32,000 bases of DNA, from positions 1,333,260 to 1,365,259 of the forward strand of contig NZ_CP041690.1 in the NCBI RefSeq assembly GCF_008000755.1, read 5' to 3'. How positions within the stretch are numbered: position 1 is the stretch's first letter; each line of letters opens with the position of its first letter. The notes below the pieces were generated by a model. That model was not told the DNA's origin and did not search any database. It worked only from the letters and a program-made list of their open reading frames with translations. The position numbers and the translations under genes are program-made. Source of the stretch: Paradevosia tibetensis (GTDB taxonomy: Bacteria; Pseudomonadota; Alphaproteobacteria; Rhizobiales; Devosiaceae). This document shows, piece by piece, positions 6,677 to 14,490 of the stretch.

Positions 6677-7224
6677 TGGCCGACACGGCATTTCCGGATG
6701 GATTCCGGGGCGAACTTGACGGGGTTTCCGGTGAACTCGAGCGGATCGGGTCGCTCGCCGACGGGGTGGCGCGGTCGTTCACCAACGCCTTCCGGGGGGC
6801 GATCTCGGATGGAAAATCGCTCAACGGCCTGCTCGGAGACATCGCGCGCAGCTTCGCGGACATCGCGCTCAAGGCGGCCTTCAAGCCGCTTGGAAACCTG
6901 GTCTCGGGGCTGATCGAAAATGTCTTCGCGGCGACCAACCCCGTGGTGCAGGGCGTGACGCCCTTCGCCAAAGGCGGAGTAATCGCCGCTCCCAGTTACT
7001 TTCCGCTCGGGCGGGGGCTGGGCGTGGCGGGCGAGGCCGGGGCCGAGGCGGTGATGCCCCTGATGCGCGGCGCGGACGGGCGATTGGGCGTGGCCGGTGG
7101 CGGCGGCGCTGTGAACGTGACGTTCAACGTGACGGCCAGCGACGCGCGCAGCTTTGTCGGCGCCGAGGCGGAAGTAGGCGCGATGCTGTTGCGGGCAGTC
7201 AGGCGCGGGAGCAGGGCGAGCTAG
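6676..7224 (+). CDS. Short tail tape measure protein (GTA g11)
   Basis: 182 aa, Gly/Ala-rich, with the PFAKGGV and AGEAGAEAVMPL motifs seen in tape measure C-terminal regions. ATG 6676 overlaps the g10.1 stop (TGATG); TTG 6673 is the alternative start. Confidence 0.8.
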   Translation: MADTAFPDGFRGELDGVSGELERIGSLADGVARSFTNAFRGAISDGKSLNGLLGDIARSFADIALKAAFKPLGNLVSGLIENVFAATNPVVQGVTPFAKGGVIAAPSYFPLGRGLGVAGEAGAEAVMPLMRGADGRLGVAGGGGAVNVTFNVTASDARSFVGAEAEVGAMLLRAVRRGSRAS

Positions 7225-7276
7225 GCGGAGCTGGGGTTTGGGGTTTCCGTTCGTCCGACTCTTTTTGGAGGGGGAG

Positions 7277-7328
7277 GTCACCCCCACCCTTGTTCCCTCC
7301 CCACAAGGGGGAGGGAGACCTGCTGGCT
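7277..7328 (+). repeat. Single arm of the family-1 hairpin repeat
   Basis: ggtcacccccacccttgttccctccccacaagggggagggagacctgctggc is nearly identical to the left arms at 4601 and 9313. Confidence 0.85.
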
Positions 7329-7379
7329 GGGGCGGTGCGGCGCCTCGTCTTCGGCACTCAACAAAGAAGGATCGAAAAG

Positions 7380-7997
7380 ATGTCCTTTCATCCAATCCGC
7401 TTCCCTCTCGACATCGCGCTGGGGGCGCGTGGGGGGCCGGAGCGGGCTACCGATATCGTTACGCTGGCCTCGGGGCGCGAGGAGCGCAATTCGCGCTGGG
7501 CGCGGTCGCGGCGCAAATACAACGCGGGGTATGGCGTCAAGTCGCGGACTGACATGCAGGCGGTGCTCGCCTTCTTCGAGGAACGGCGCGGGCGATTCCA
7601 TGCATTCCTCTGGCGCGATGGGCTCGATTATTGCTCGGGCGGCATGGTCCCCGGCGCGGCCGACCAGGCGATCGGCACTGGCGACGGGGTCAAGACGTCC
7701 TTTCAGCTGGTGAAGCGCTACGGCGCCGATTTCGACCCCTATCTGCGGCCGATCACCAAGCCGGTGCCCGGTTCGGTGCTGCTGGCGGTGGACGGTGTCG
7801 AAACCGGTGACTTCGAGGTGGACGAAATCACCGGCGTCGTGACCCTGGAGACCGCGCCCGAGGCGGGCGTGCAGGTGACGGCAGGGTTCCTCTTCGATGT
7901 CCCGGTGCGCTTCGATACCGATCGGCTCGATATCGAACTCACCAGTTTCGATGCGGCTGAGGCGCCGAGCATTCCCCTGATCGAGGTGCTCGAATGA
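7380..7997 (+). CDS. DUF2460-family distal tail protein (GTA g12)
   Basis: MSFHPIRFPLDIALGARGGPERATDIVTLASGREERNSRWARSRRKYNAGYG is the characteristic N-terminus. GAAGGA lies upstream of ATG 7380. The track start at 7290 is repeat-derived and rejected. Confidence 0.9.
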   Translation: MSFHPIRFPLDIALGARGGPERATDIVTLASGREERNSRWARSRRKYNAGYGVKSRTDMQAVLAFFEERRGRFHAFLWRDGLDYCSGGMVPGAADQAIGTGDGVKTSFQLVKRYGADFDPYLRPITKPVPGSVLLAVDGVETGDFEVDEITGVVTLETAPEAGVQVTAGFLFDVPVRFDTDRLDIELTSFDAAEAPSIPLIEVLE

Positions 7998-8884
7998 GGA
8001 CGTTCGAAGCAGCCTTCGCCAGCCACATTGCCACCGGGCAGACAACGCTCGCTTCCTGCTGGCGCATCACGCGGACCGATGGCGTCGTGCTCGGCTTCAC
8101 CGACCACGATGTCACACTCAGTTTCGAGGGCACAAACTTCGTGCCCGCCCATGGGCTAGACGCGGGCGAGGGCACGGCGAAGCTTGGGGCGCAGGTCGAT
8201 ACGTCCGAAGTGGTGGGTATTCTTCATTCCGATGCGATCGCCGAAACCGACATCCTGCTCGGGCGGTTCGACGGTGCGCTGGTCGAGACCTTCAGGGTGA
8301 ACTGGCGCGACACCGCGATGCGCGCGCTGATGCGCCGCGACACCATCGGGGAGATCGTGCGCGAGGACGGTGCTTTCCGCGCGGAACTGCGTTCCGGGCA
8401 GCAGGCGCTCAATGTGCCCAGGGGGCGCATTTACCAGGCGCTTTGCGACGCCGAACTGGGCGACGGACGTTGCGGGGTGAACCTGGAGGTCGACGCGTTC
8501 CGGGCCGCCGCCGGCGTGGCGGCGGTGCACGATCGTTTCCGCCTCGAGGTGACGGGGCTCGACGGGTTCGACGAGGGCTGGTTCTCGTTCGGACGGGTGG
8601 GCTGGACGAGCGGATCCCGCATCGGCAAGGGCGACCGTATCGTCAGCCACGCGCGGATCGGCGGCGCGGATGTGCTCGCCTTCGATGCGCCCGTGGGGGA
8701 TTGGGTGGCGGTCGGCGACGCGCTGACGGCGTTCGCGGGGTGCGACAGGCGGTTTTCGAGTTGCCGGGGCAAGTTCGCCAACGCCGCCAGTTTTCGCGGA
8801 TTTCCGCACATTCCGGGCAACGACTTCGTGATGCGCTACCCCAAGTCCGGCGATGTGCTCGAAGGGCAGGCGCTGGTCAAATGA
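7994..8884 (+). CDS. DUF2163 / BR0599-family baseplate hub protein (GTA g13)
   Basis: TLASCWRITRTDGVVLGFTDHD and the C-terminal CDRRFSSCRGKFANAASFRGFPHIPGNDF are typical. ATGA overlap with g12. Confidence 0.9.
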   Translation: MRTFEAAFASHIATGQTTLASCWRITRTDGVVLGFTDHDVTLSFEGTNFVPAHGLDAGEGTAKLGAQVDTSEVVGILHSDAIAETDILLGRFDGALVETFRVNWRDTAMRALMRRDTIGEIVREDGAFRAELRSGQQALNVPRGRIYQALCDAELGDGRCGVNLEVDAFRAAAGVAAVHDRFRLEVTGLDGFDEGWFSFGRVGWTSGSRIGKGDRIVSHARIGGADVLAFDAPVGDWVAVGDALTAFAGCDRRFSSCRGKFANAASFRGFPHIPGNDFVMRYPKSGDVLEGQALVK

Positions 8885-9297
8885 GCGTGGCAGCGGATCG
8901 GATCGTCCTCGAGGCCCGCCGCTGGGTGGGCACGCCGTACCGGCATCAGTCATCGACGCTGGGGGCGGGATGCGACTGCCTGGGGCTGGTGCGCGGGGTC
9001 TGGCGCGAAATCTATGGCAGCGAGCCGATGGCAATCCCTGCCTATCGCGCCGACCTGCGCGATGTGGCCTTTGCCGGCGCGCTGCAGGCGGCCGCGGACC
9101 GGCTGCTGGTGCGCGCCGAAGGGCTCGCCGCCGGGCGGGTGGTGCTGTTCCGCCTCAACGGCGCTGTAGCGGCCAAGCATTGCGGCATCCTCGTCGGAGG
9201 GGGCCGCTTCGTCCATGCCCAGGAGGGTCTGGGCGTGGTGGAGGCCAATCTCGAAGGCTGGGGCACGCGGGTGGCGGGGGTATTTGAGTTTCCGTGA
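8881..9297 (+). CDS. NlpC/P60-family cell wall peptidase (GTA g14)
   Basis: ARRWVGTPYRHQSSTLGAGCDCLGLVRGVWRE carries the catalytic Cys context, and AKHCGIL and FVHAQEG are also present. ATGA overlap with g13. The track start at 8443 lies inside g13 and is rejected. Confidence 0.9.
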   Translation: MSVAADRIVLEARRWVGTPYRHQSSTLGAGCDCLGLVRGVWREIYGSEPMAIPAYRADLRDVAFAGALQAAADRLLVRAEGLAAGRVVLFRLNGAVAAKHCGILVGGGRFVHAQEGLGVVEANLEGWGTRVAGVFEFP

Positions 9298-9312
9298 GAG
9301 TTTTGGAGTTGG

Positions 9313-9423
9313 GGTTCACCCCCGCCCTTGTTCCCTCCCCACAAGGGGGAGGGAGACCTGCTGGCTTGGTCGTGCCCCATCTTCTCGCTCCCTTGCAGGG
9401 AGGGATTGAGGGTGGGGTGAGCC
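9313..9423 (+). repeat. Composite GC-rich hairpin repeat (family 1), full unit
   Basis: Left arm is ggttcacccccgcccttgttccctccccacaagggggagggagacctgctggc. After a spacer comes the inverted right arm ctcgctcccttgcagggagggattgagggtggggtgagcc. Confidence 0.88.
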
Positions 9424-9510
9424 CGCAAGGGGGGAGGCGTTTCGATCCAGTTTGTCGTGGGTGGCAACGCCCCGTCCCGCATTCGTCGATTATTCATCTC
9501 AGGAGCCGCA

Positions 9511-12500
9511 ATGGCTACGTTAGCACTCTCGGTTGCCGGGCAGTTCGTCGGCGGGTTCGTGGGCGGTCCGATCGGGGCGACGATCGGGCGGGCGCTGGGG
9601 GCGCTTGCCGGCGCGGCGGTGGACAACGCGCTTTTCGGCGAGAAGCCGCAGCGGCGCGCCGGCAGCGACTTCCAGCTCCAGGGCTCGCTCGAGGGTGGCG
9701 CGGTGCCGCGTCTCTACGGGTGGGGCCGGGTAAGCGGCAACATCATCTGGGCCACCGAGCTCGAGGAGATGACCAGCGAGGGTTCGGGCGCCAAGGGTTT
9801 CGGGCAGCAGACCAGCGAAAGCGAGATCTTCGCCAATTTCGCGGTGGGCCTGTGCGAGGGCGAGGTGCACCGCCTGGGGCGCGTCTGGGCCGACGGCAAG
9901 CTGCTCGACCTGAGCGGGCTCAACGTGCGCTTTTACCGCGGCACCTCCGGGCAGGGCGTCGACAGCCTCATCGAGGCCAAGCAGGGCGCGGGCAACGCCC
10001 CGGCCTATCGCGGGCTCTGCTACCTCGTATTCGAACGCCTGCCGGTCTCCCAGTTCGGCAACAGGATTCCGCAGATCTCGGTGGAGCTGTGCCGGGTGGT
10101 GGGGCAACTCGAACCCTCGATCAAGGCCGTGACGGTCATCCCCGGAGCAACCGAGTTCGGCTACGACCCCGTGGCGCGCGTGCGCGTGGTCGGCCCGGGA
10201 GAGACCGCGGCCGAGAACACCCACATGGCAGCCGGCATCTCGGACTGGACGCTCTCGATCGATGAACTGGTGGCGCTGTGCCCCAACCTCGAACACGTCT
10301 CGCTGGTGGTGACCTGGTTCGGCACTGACCTGCGCTGCGCCCAATGCCTCATCGAACCGAGGGTCGAGGGCGCCGGGCGCGTCATCGAGGGGACCTCGTG
10401 GAGCGTGGCCGGGCTGACCCGCGCCACGGCAGGCGTGGTTTCGACCCACGAGGGCGGCCCGGCTTATGGCGGCACGCCCTCGGACGCGGCGGTAATGGCG
10501 GCGATTGCCGATCTCAAGGCGCGCGGCCTCAAGGTGACGCTCTATCCGCTGGTGATGATGGATATTCCGCAGGGCAACACCCTCACCGACCCCTACTGGG
10601 GCGGCTACCAGCCCGCCTATCCCTGGCGCGGGCGCGTGACGTGCGACCCGGCGCCCGGGAGCGCAGGATCGCCCGATCGCAGTGGCGCGGTCCTCGACCA
10701 GGTCGCGGACTTCGTCGGAACGGGCAGCGATTGGCGCTACCGCCGGATGGTGACGCACTACGCGAGCCTGGCGGCGAGCGCGGGGGGCGTCGACGCCGTC
10801 ATCATCGGCTCGGAAATGCGTGCGATGACCACCCTGCGGGACGCTTCGGACAGCTTCCCGTTCGTAACGGCGCTGGTGGCGCTGGCTGCGGAGGTGCGGT
10901 CCATCGTCGGCGGGGCGACCAAGCTCACCTATGCCGCAGACTGGTCCGAGTTCTCAGGCTACCAGCCGGACGGGGAGAAGTTCTTCCATCTCGATCCGCT
11001 CTGGGCGAGCGCCGATATCGACGCGGTGGGGATCGACAACTACATGCCCCTGACCGACTGGCGCGATGGCGACGACCATCTCGACGCGGCCGAAGCGGAT
11101 AGCCTCTACGAGCAGGATTACCTCCAGAGCCGGATCGCGGGCGGGGAGGGCTATGACTGGTACTATGGCTCGGACGGCGCACGGGTGGCGCAGGTCCGCT
11201 CCCCGATCGGGGATGGAGCTTATGGGGAACCCTGGGTCTGGCGATTCAAGGATATCGAGGCCTGGTGGAGCAACGCACACCACGATCGCCCGGGCGGCGT
11301 GCGCTCGGCGTCGACCACGAGCTGGGTGCCGCAATCCAAGCCGATCTGGTTCACCGAACTGGGTTGCGCGGCGGTGGACAAGGGCGCCAACCAGCCCAAC
11401 GTATTCGGCGATCCGAAAAGCTCGGAGAGCGGGCGACCGTATTTTTCGAGCGGCCTGCCCGATCCGCTCGGGCAAAGGCAGTTCCTGCGGGCGCAACTGG
11501 ACTATTGGGGCGGGGCGGCAAACCCCGCCTCAAGCGTTTATGGCGGCCCGATGGTCGCGCGCATCTACCTCTGGACGTGGGACGCGCGGCCCTATCCCGC
11601 CTTTCCCGCCGATACCGCAAGCTGGAGCGATGGCGCCAACCACGCCACCGGCCACTGGCTGACGGGTCGCACCGGAGCCATGGCGAGCGACGAGCTGATC
11701 GCAGCCGTCGCCGCCGACTACGGAGCTGAATTGGACCTGGTCCAGCCGGTGCAACCCTTGATCCACGGACTGCGCATAGAAGGCCTCGCCTCCGCCCGCG
11801 AGGCGCTGGGCGAGGTGCTGGCGGTGAGCGGGCTTTCGGCACGTGACAGCGCCCAAGGCCTGCAATTCCGCCGCGGCAATGCACGAAACGCCATTGCGGC
11901 GGGCGAACTGGTGGCGGACGACGGGCCGATCCTTTCGCGGCGTCGGCCTGACCCCGGGGAGGCCCTGGGCCGGGTGGCGCTCACCTATTTCGACCGCGAG
12001 CGGGCCTACCTCACTGGAACGGTGACGGCGCTGCGTCTTGCCGGCGGCGCGGCGGGAGCCGAAGCCTCCAACCTCGTGCTCGACCTCGCCGGGGCGCGGC
12101 ATGCCGCCGAACGCATCCTGCTCGATCGCAGCGCCGCGGCGGAGACGGTGGAATTCTCCCTGCCGCCCTCGATGGCGGCGGTGGAGGTGGGCGATGTCCT
12201 CACGCTCGAGGGCGTCGCGGAAGGCCCGTTCGAGGTGACGGAAATCCGGGACGGGCTGGCGCGCAAGATCTCGGCCCGCGCGATGCCCCCGGCGATGACT
12301 GCTGCCATCACCTCCGATCGCCCGCAGGCCCCCATGGCGCTGACCGGGGTGAAGTCCATGCCCATCGTGCTCGCGGCGCACCTGCCGCCGCTGCCCGACG
12401 CGCCATTGCGATCCCGCCTGGCGTTTGCCGCCTCCGCCAGGCCGTGGCCGGGCGACGTGACGATCAACGACGAGGTGACCGGCTCGACCCTGGCGCGCCT

Positions 12501-13269
12501 TTCGGGCGCCACGGTGCTTGGGGAACTTACAGCTGACCTGCCGGCAGGGACGTTCGGCGGCTGGGACGACCTCACCACGGTACGGCTGCGCGTCTATTCG
12601 GGGCACTTTTCCTCGGTGAGCGAAGCGGCCGTGCTGGCCGGGAGCAACAGGCTGGCGGTGCAGGGCAACGACGGGGAATGGGAAATCCTCGGCTTTGCCG
12701 CGGCGGAGCTGCTGGCGCCGGGGCTCTACGAACTCAGCCACCTTCTGCGCGGCATGGACGGCTCGGCGAGCGGGGCAGCAGCGTCCGGCAACGCCCTCTT
12801 CGTGCCCGATGCGCGGGCGGCGGTGGTGCCCGTAGACGCGGCCTGGCTCAACACGACCCTTGACCTTCGGGCCTTCGCCGGGCGCTCCGACCTGACGGGG
12901 CAGGCACTCGCGATACCTCTGACATTAGCACCGGTTCTACCCCTCGCGCCGGTCGAGCCGATCGCCAGCCGCGCTCTGCCATCGGGCGTCGTGACGATCA
13001 CCTGGACGCGCAGGAGCAGGGGAGACCCCAACGGCACCGGCGCCGGCGTGCCGCCGCTCGAATACGTGCCCGAAACCTACCGGGTGACGGTGTTCGACGC
13101 GGGCGTGCCCGCGCGGGTGGTGACCGTCTCGACCACCTCATTTGTCTATTCGTCCGCTGACCAGACCAGCGATTTCGGGGCCTTGCCGGCGGACTTCGCC
13201 TTCGAGGTCGCCCAGGTGAGCGCCGGCTACGGCCCAGGACACCCAGCCCAGGGAGATTTCCATGCCTGA
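9511..13269 (+). CDS. GTA g15-type host-specificity / tail protein (glycoside-hydrolase-like plus phage-tail domains)
   Basis: 1252 aa. It has an N-terminal glycine zipper (GGFVGGPIGATIGRALGALAGAAV), then RLYGWGRVSGNIIWAT, YRGLCYLVFERLP and NRIPQISVEL, all typical of g15. AGGAG lies 5 nt upstream of ATG 9511. The track start at 9457 is rejected. Confidence 0.92.
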   Translation: MATLALSVAGQFVGGFVGGPIGATIGRALGALAGAAVDNALFGEKPQRRAGSDFQLQGSLEGGAVPRLYGWGRVSGNIIWATELEEMTSEGSGAKGFGQQTSESEIFANFAVGLCEGEVHRLGRVWADGKLLDLSGLNVRFYRGTSGQGVDSLIEAKQGAGNAPAYRGLCYLVFERLPVSQFGNRIPQISVELCRVVGQLEPSIKAVTVIPGATEFGYDPVARVRVVGPGETAAENTHMAAGISDWTLSIDELVALCPNLEHVSLVVTWFGTDLRCAQCLIEPRVEGAGRVIEGTSWSVAGLTRATAGVVSTHEGGPAYGGTPSDAAVMAAIADLKARGLKVTLYPLVMMDIPQGNTLTDPYWGGYQPAYPWRGRVTCDPAPGSAGSPDRSGAVLDQVADFVGTGSDWRYRRMVTHYASLAASAGGVDAVIIGSEMRAMTTLRDASDSFPFVTALVALAAEVRSIVGGATKLTYAADWSEFSGYQPDGEKFFHLDPLWASADIDAVGIDNYMPLTDWRDGDDHLDAAEADSLYEQDYLQSRIAGGEGYDWYYGSDGARVAQVRSPIGDGAYGEPWVWRFKDIEAWWSNAHHDRPGGVRSASTTSWVPQSKPIWFTELGCAAVDKGANQPNVFGDPKSSESGRPYFSSGLPDPLGQRQFLRAQLDYWGGAANPASSVYGGPMVARIYLWTWDARPYPAFPADTASWSDGANHATGHWLTGRTGAMASDELIAAVAADYGAELDLVQPVQPLIHGLRIEGLASAREALGEVLAVSGLSARDSAQGLQFRRGNARNAIAAGELVADDGPILSRRRPDPGEALGRVALTYFDRERAYLTGTVTALRLAGGAAGAEASNLVLDLAGARHAAERILLDRSAAAETVEFSLPPSMAAVEVGDVLTLEGVAEGPFEVTEIRDGLARKISARAMPPAMTAAITSDRPQAPMALTGVKSMPIVLAAHLPPLPDAPLRSRLAFAASARPWPGDVTINDEVTGSTLARLSGATVLGELTADLPAGTFGGWDDLTTVRLRVYSGHFSSVSEAAVLAGSNRLAVQGNDGEWEILGFAAAELLAPGLYELSHLLRGMDGSASGAAASGNALFVPDARAAVVPVDAAWLNTTLDLRAFAGRSDLTGQALAIPLTLAPVLPLAPVEPIASRALPSGVVTITWTRRSRGDPNGTGAGVPPLEYVPETYRVTVFDAGVPARVVTVSTTSFVYSSADQTSDFGALPADFAFEVAQVSAGYGPGHPAQGDFHA

Positions 13270-14038
13270 ACCGACAGACCGCTTCTCGGCGTGCCTCAAG
13301 ATCGTGCTGGCCCAAGAGGGCGGCTATGCCGATCATCCCGCCGATCCGGGTGGCGCCACCAATATGGGCATCACCCGCAAGACGCTGGCGCGCTGGCGCT
13401 CGGTCTCGCCCTGGTGGGACCTGCCCAAAAGCGCCGTCCAGCAACTGAAGAGCGAGGAAGCCGCCTCGATCTACAAGGCCTCCTACTGGGAGCGCAGCAA
13501 CGCGCAGTCGCTGCCGGCGGGACTCGACCTGGCGCTCTTCGACTATGCAGTCAATTCCGGGCCCGATCGGGCCATCAAGTCGCTCCAGAAACTGCTGGGC
13601 GTGGTCGCCGACGGGCAGGTGGGGCCGCTGACGCTCGCCGCCATCCGTACGCGCGTGGCCGCCGCCGGGGTGGCCGGACTGATCGATGCCCTCTGCAACC
13701 AGAGACTCTCGTTCCTCACGCAACTGGCAACCTTCGCCGTCTTCGGGCGCGGATGGCGGCGGCGCGTCGAGGACATTCGCAAGGCCGCCTTCGCCGATGC
13801 CGGCGGGCCGCCCCGTACCCCTTCCACTCAACCGAGCATATGGAGCGAAGTGATGAATATCCTGGCAGGCTACAAGACCTATATCGTGGCCGCGGCAATG
13901 GTGATTGCCGGGCTGGCGCAGGTGCTGGGCGTCGAAATTCCCACGCTGGAAGGCCATTCGGCCGGGCAGCTGGTGCTCGAGGCCATTGCCATCATCTTCC
14001 TGCGCAAAGGCATCAAGAACGACGTCGGCGGTGTCTGA
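13262..14038 (+). CDS. GH108-family N-acetylmuramidase with a PG_binding_3 domain and a C-terminal two-helix membrane tail
   Basis: N-terminus VLAQEGGYADHPADPGGATNMGIT is a GH108 signature. LQKLLGVVADGQVGPLTLAAI and FGRGWRRRV fit PG_binding_3. The last ~60 aa hold two hydrophobic helices (YIVAAAMVIAGLAQVLGV; LVLEAIAIIFL). 8-nt overlap with the g15 stop; GGGAGA RBS. Confidence 0.88.
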   Translation: MPEPTDRFSACLKIVLAQEGGYADHPADPGGATNMGITRKTLARWRSVSPWWDLPKSAVQQLKSEEAASIYKASYWERSNAQSLPAGLDLALFDYAVNSGPDRAIKSLQKLLGVVADGQVGPLTLAAIRTRVAAAGVAGLIDALCNQRLSFLTQLATFAVFGRGWRRRVEDIRKAAFADAGGPPRTPSTQPSIWSEVMNILAGYKTYIVAAAMVIAGLAQVLGVEIPTLEGHSAGQLVLEAIAIIFLRKGIKNDVGGV

Positions 14039-14076
14039 AGACCCGCCTTATTTGGGCCTTTCTTGATTGGTCATCT

Positions 14077-14118
14077 GGCGGAAGGGAAGATTCCGATGCG
14101 ATCACCCTCCCGCCTTTT
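14077..14118 (+). terminator. Candidate intrinsic terminator at the end of the GTA cluster
   Basis: The ggcggaaggg (14077-14086) / ccctcccgcc (14105-14114) stem pairs 9 of 10 positions. The loop is 18 nt and is followed by tttt. The long loop lowers confidence. Confidence 0.35.
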
Positions 14119-14160
14119 CCGTTCATGTCCTGTTCAGCACCCGACCCTTAGGGTGTCGGC

Positions 14161-14460
14161 ATGAACAAGGTACTTTTGACATTGATGGCCGGAATGCTGG
14201 CGGTCGGAACGATGCTTCCGACCTCGGCGACGCCTTCCCTGGCACAGGCTTGCCTTGGGAAACGCGAGATTCAACAGGCAGTCGCGGACGGACAGATTCT
14301 GCCCCTGGCTCAGATATTGGCCGCGGGGGGGATCGATGCCTCCAGCGTCGTCTCGTTCCAGGTCTGCGACCGGGGCGGGGGCCTCGCCTACGTGCTTCAG
14401 GTCTATGAAGGCGGCGAGGCGAAAACCATTGTCTTGAATGCGGCAACCGGCTCGCAATAA
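14161..14460 (+). CDS. Small secreted PepSY-like protein
   Basis: Signal peptide (MNKVLLTLMAGMLAVGTMLPTSATPSLAQA) followed by a PepSY-like pattern (LAYVLQVYEGGEAKTIVLNAATG). It sits immediately upstream of the response regulator/kinase pair. Confidence 0.6.
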   Translation: MNKVLLTLMAGMLAVGTMLPTSATPSLAQACLGKREIQQAVADGQILPLAQILAAGGIDASSVVSFQVCDRGGGLAYVLQVYEGGEAKTIVLNAATGSQ

Positions 14461-14490
14461 AGTACATTTTGCTGAACTGCGGGGCGATAC

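Larger units (their letters stand above)
41..14038 (+). other. RcGTA-type gene transfer agent (GTA) head-tail structural cluster, portal through g15 plus a coupled muramidase; the 5' end (terminase genes) lies outside the window
   Basis: Gene order matches the Rhodobacter capsulatus GTA g3-g15 order: portal, small ORF, protease, capsid, adaptor, head closure, DUF3168, tail tube, chaperone pair, short (182 aa) tape measure, DUF2460, DUF2163, NlpC/P60, >1200-aa g15. All genes are on the + strand and many junctions have 4-nt start/stop overlaps. No integrase, repressor or replication genes are visible. Confidence 0.85.

Noticed and set aside
8443-8880. The 284-aa version of the peptidase ORF (start 8443), and the extended starts for the hypothetical protein (16902), the SoxA-like gene (20365) and ccmI (21332).
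   Set aside because: Each extension overlaps the preceding gene or encodes low-complexity Arg/Gly/Pro sequence. Internal starts give 4-nt coupled overlaps or match the expected family N-termini.
1224-9423. The recurring repeats as a CRISPR array.
   Set aside because: The copies are kilobases apart, in both orientations and of variable length. Protein-coding genes lie between them, and no cas genes are present.
41-14038. Interpretation as a conventional (defective) prophage.
   Set aside because: No integrase, repressor, replication or att-like features are seen in the window. The gene set, order and sizes (182-aa tape measure, DUF2460/DUF2163/NlpC-P60/g15 block) are those of RcGTA-type clusters. 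The upstream flank is not visible, so some uncertainty remains.
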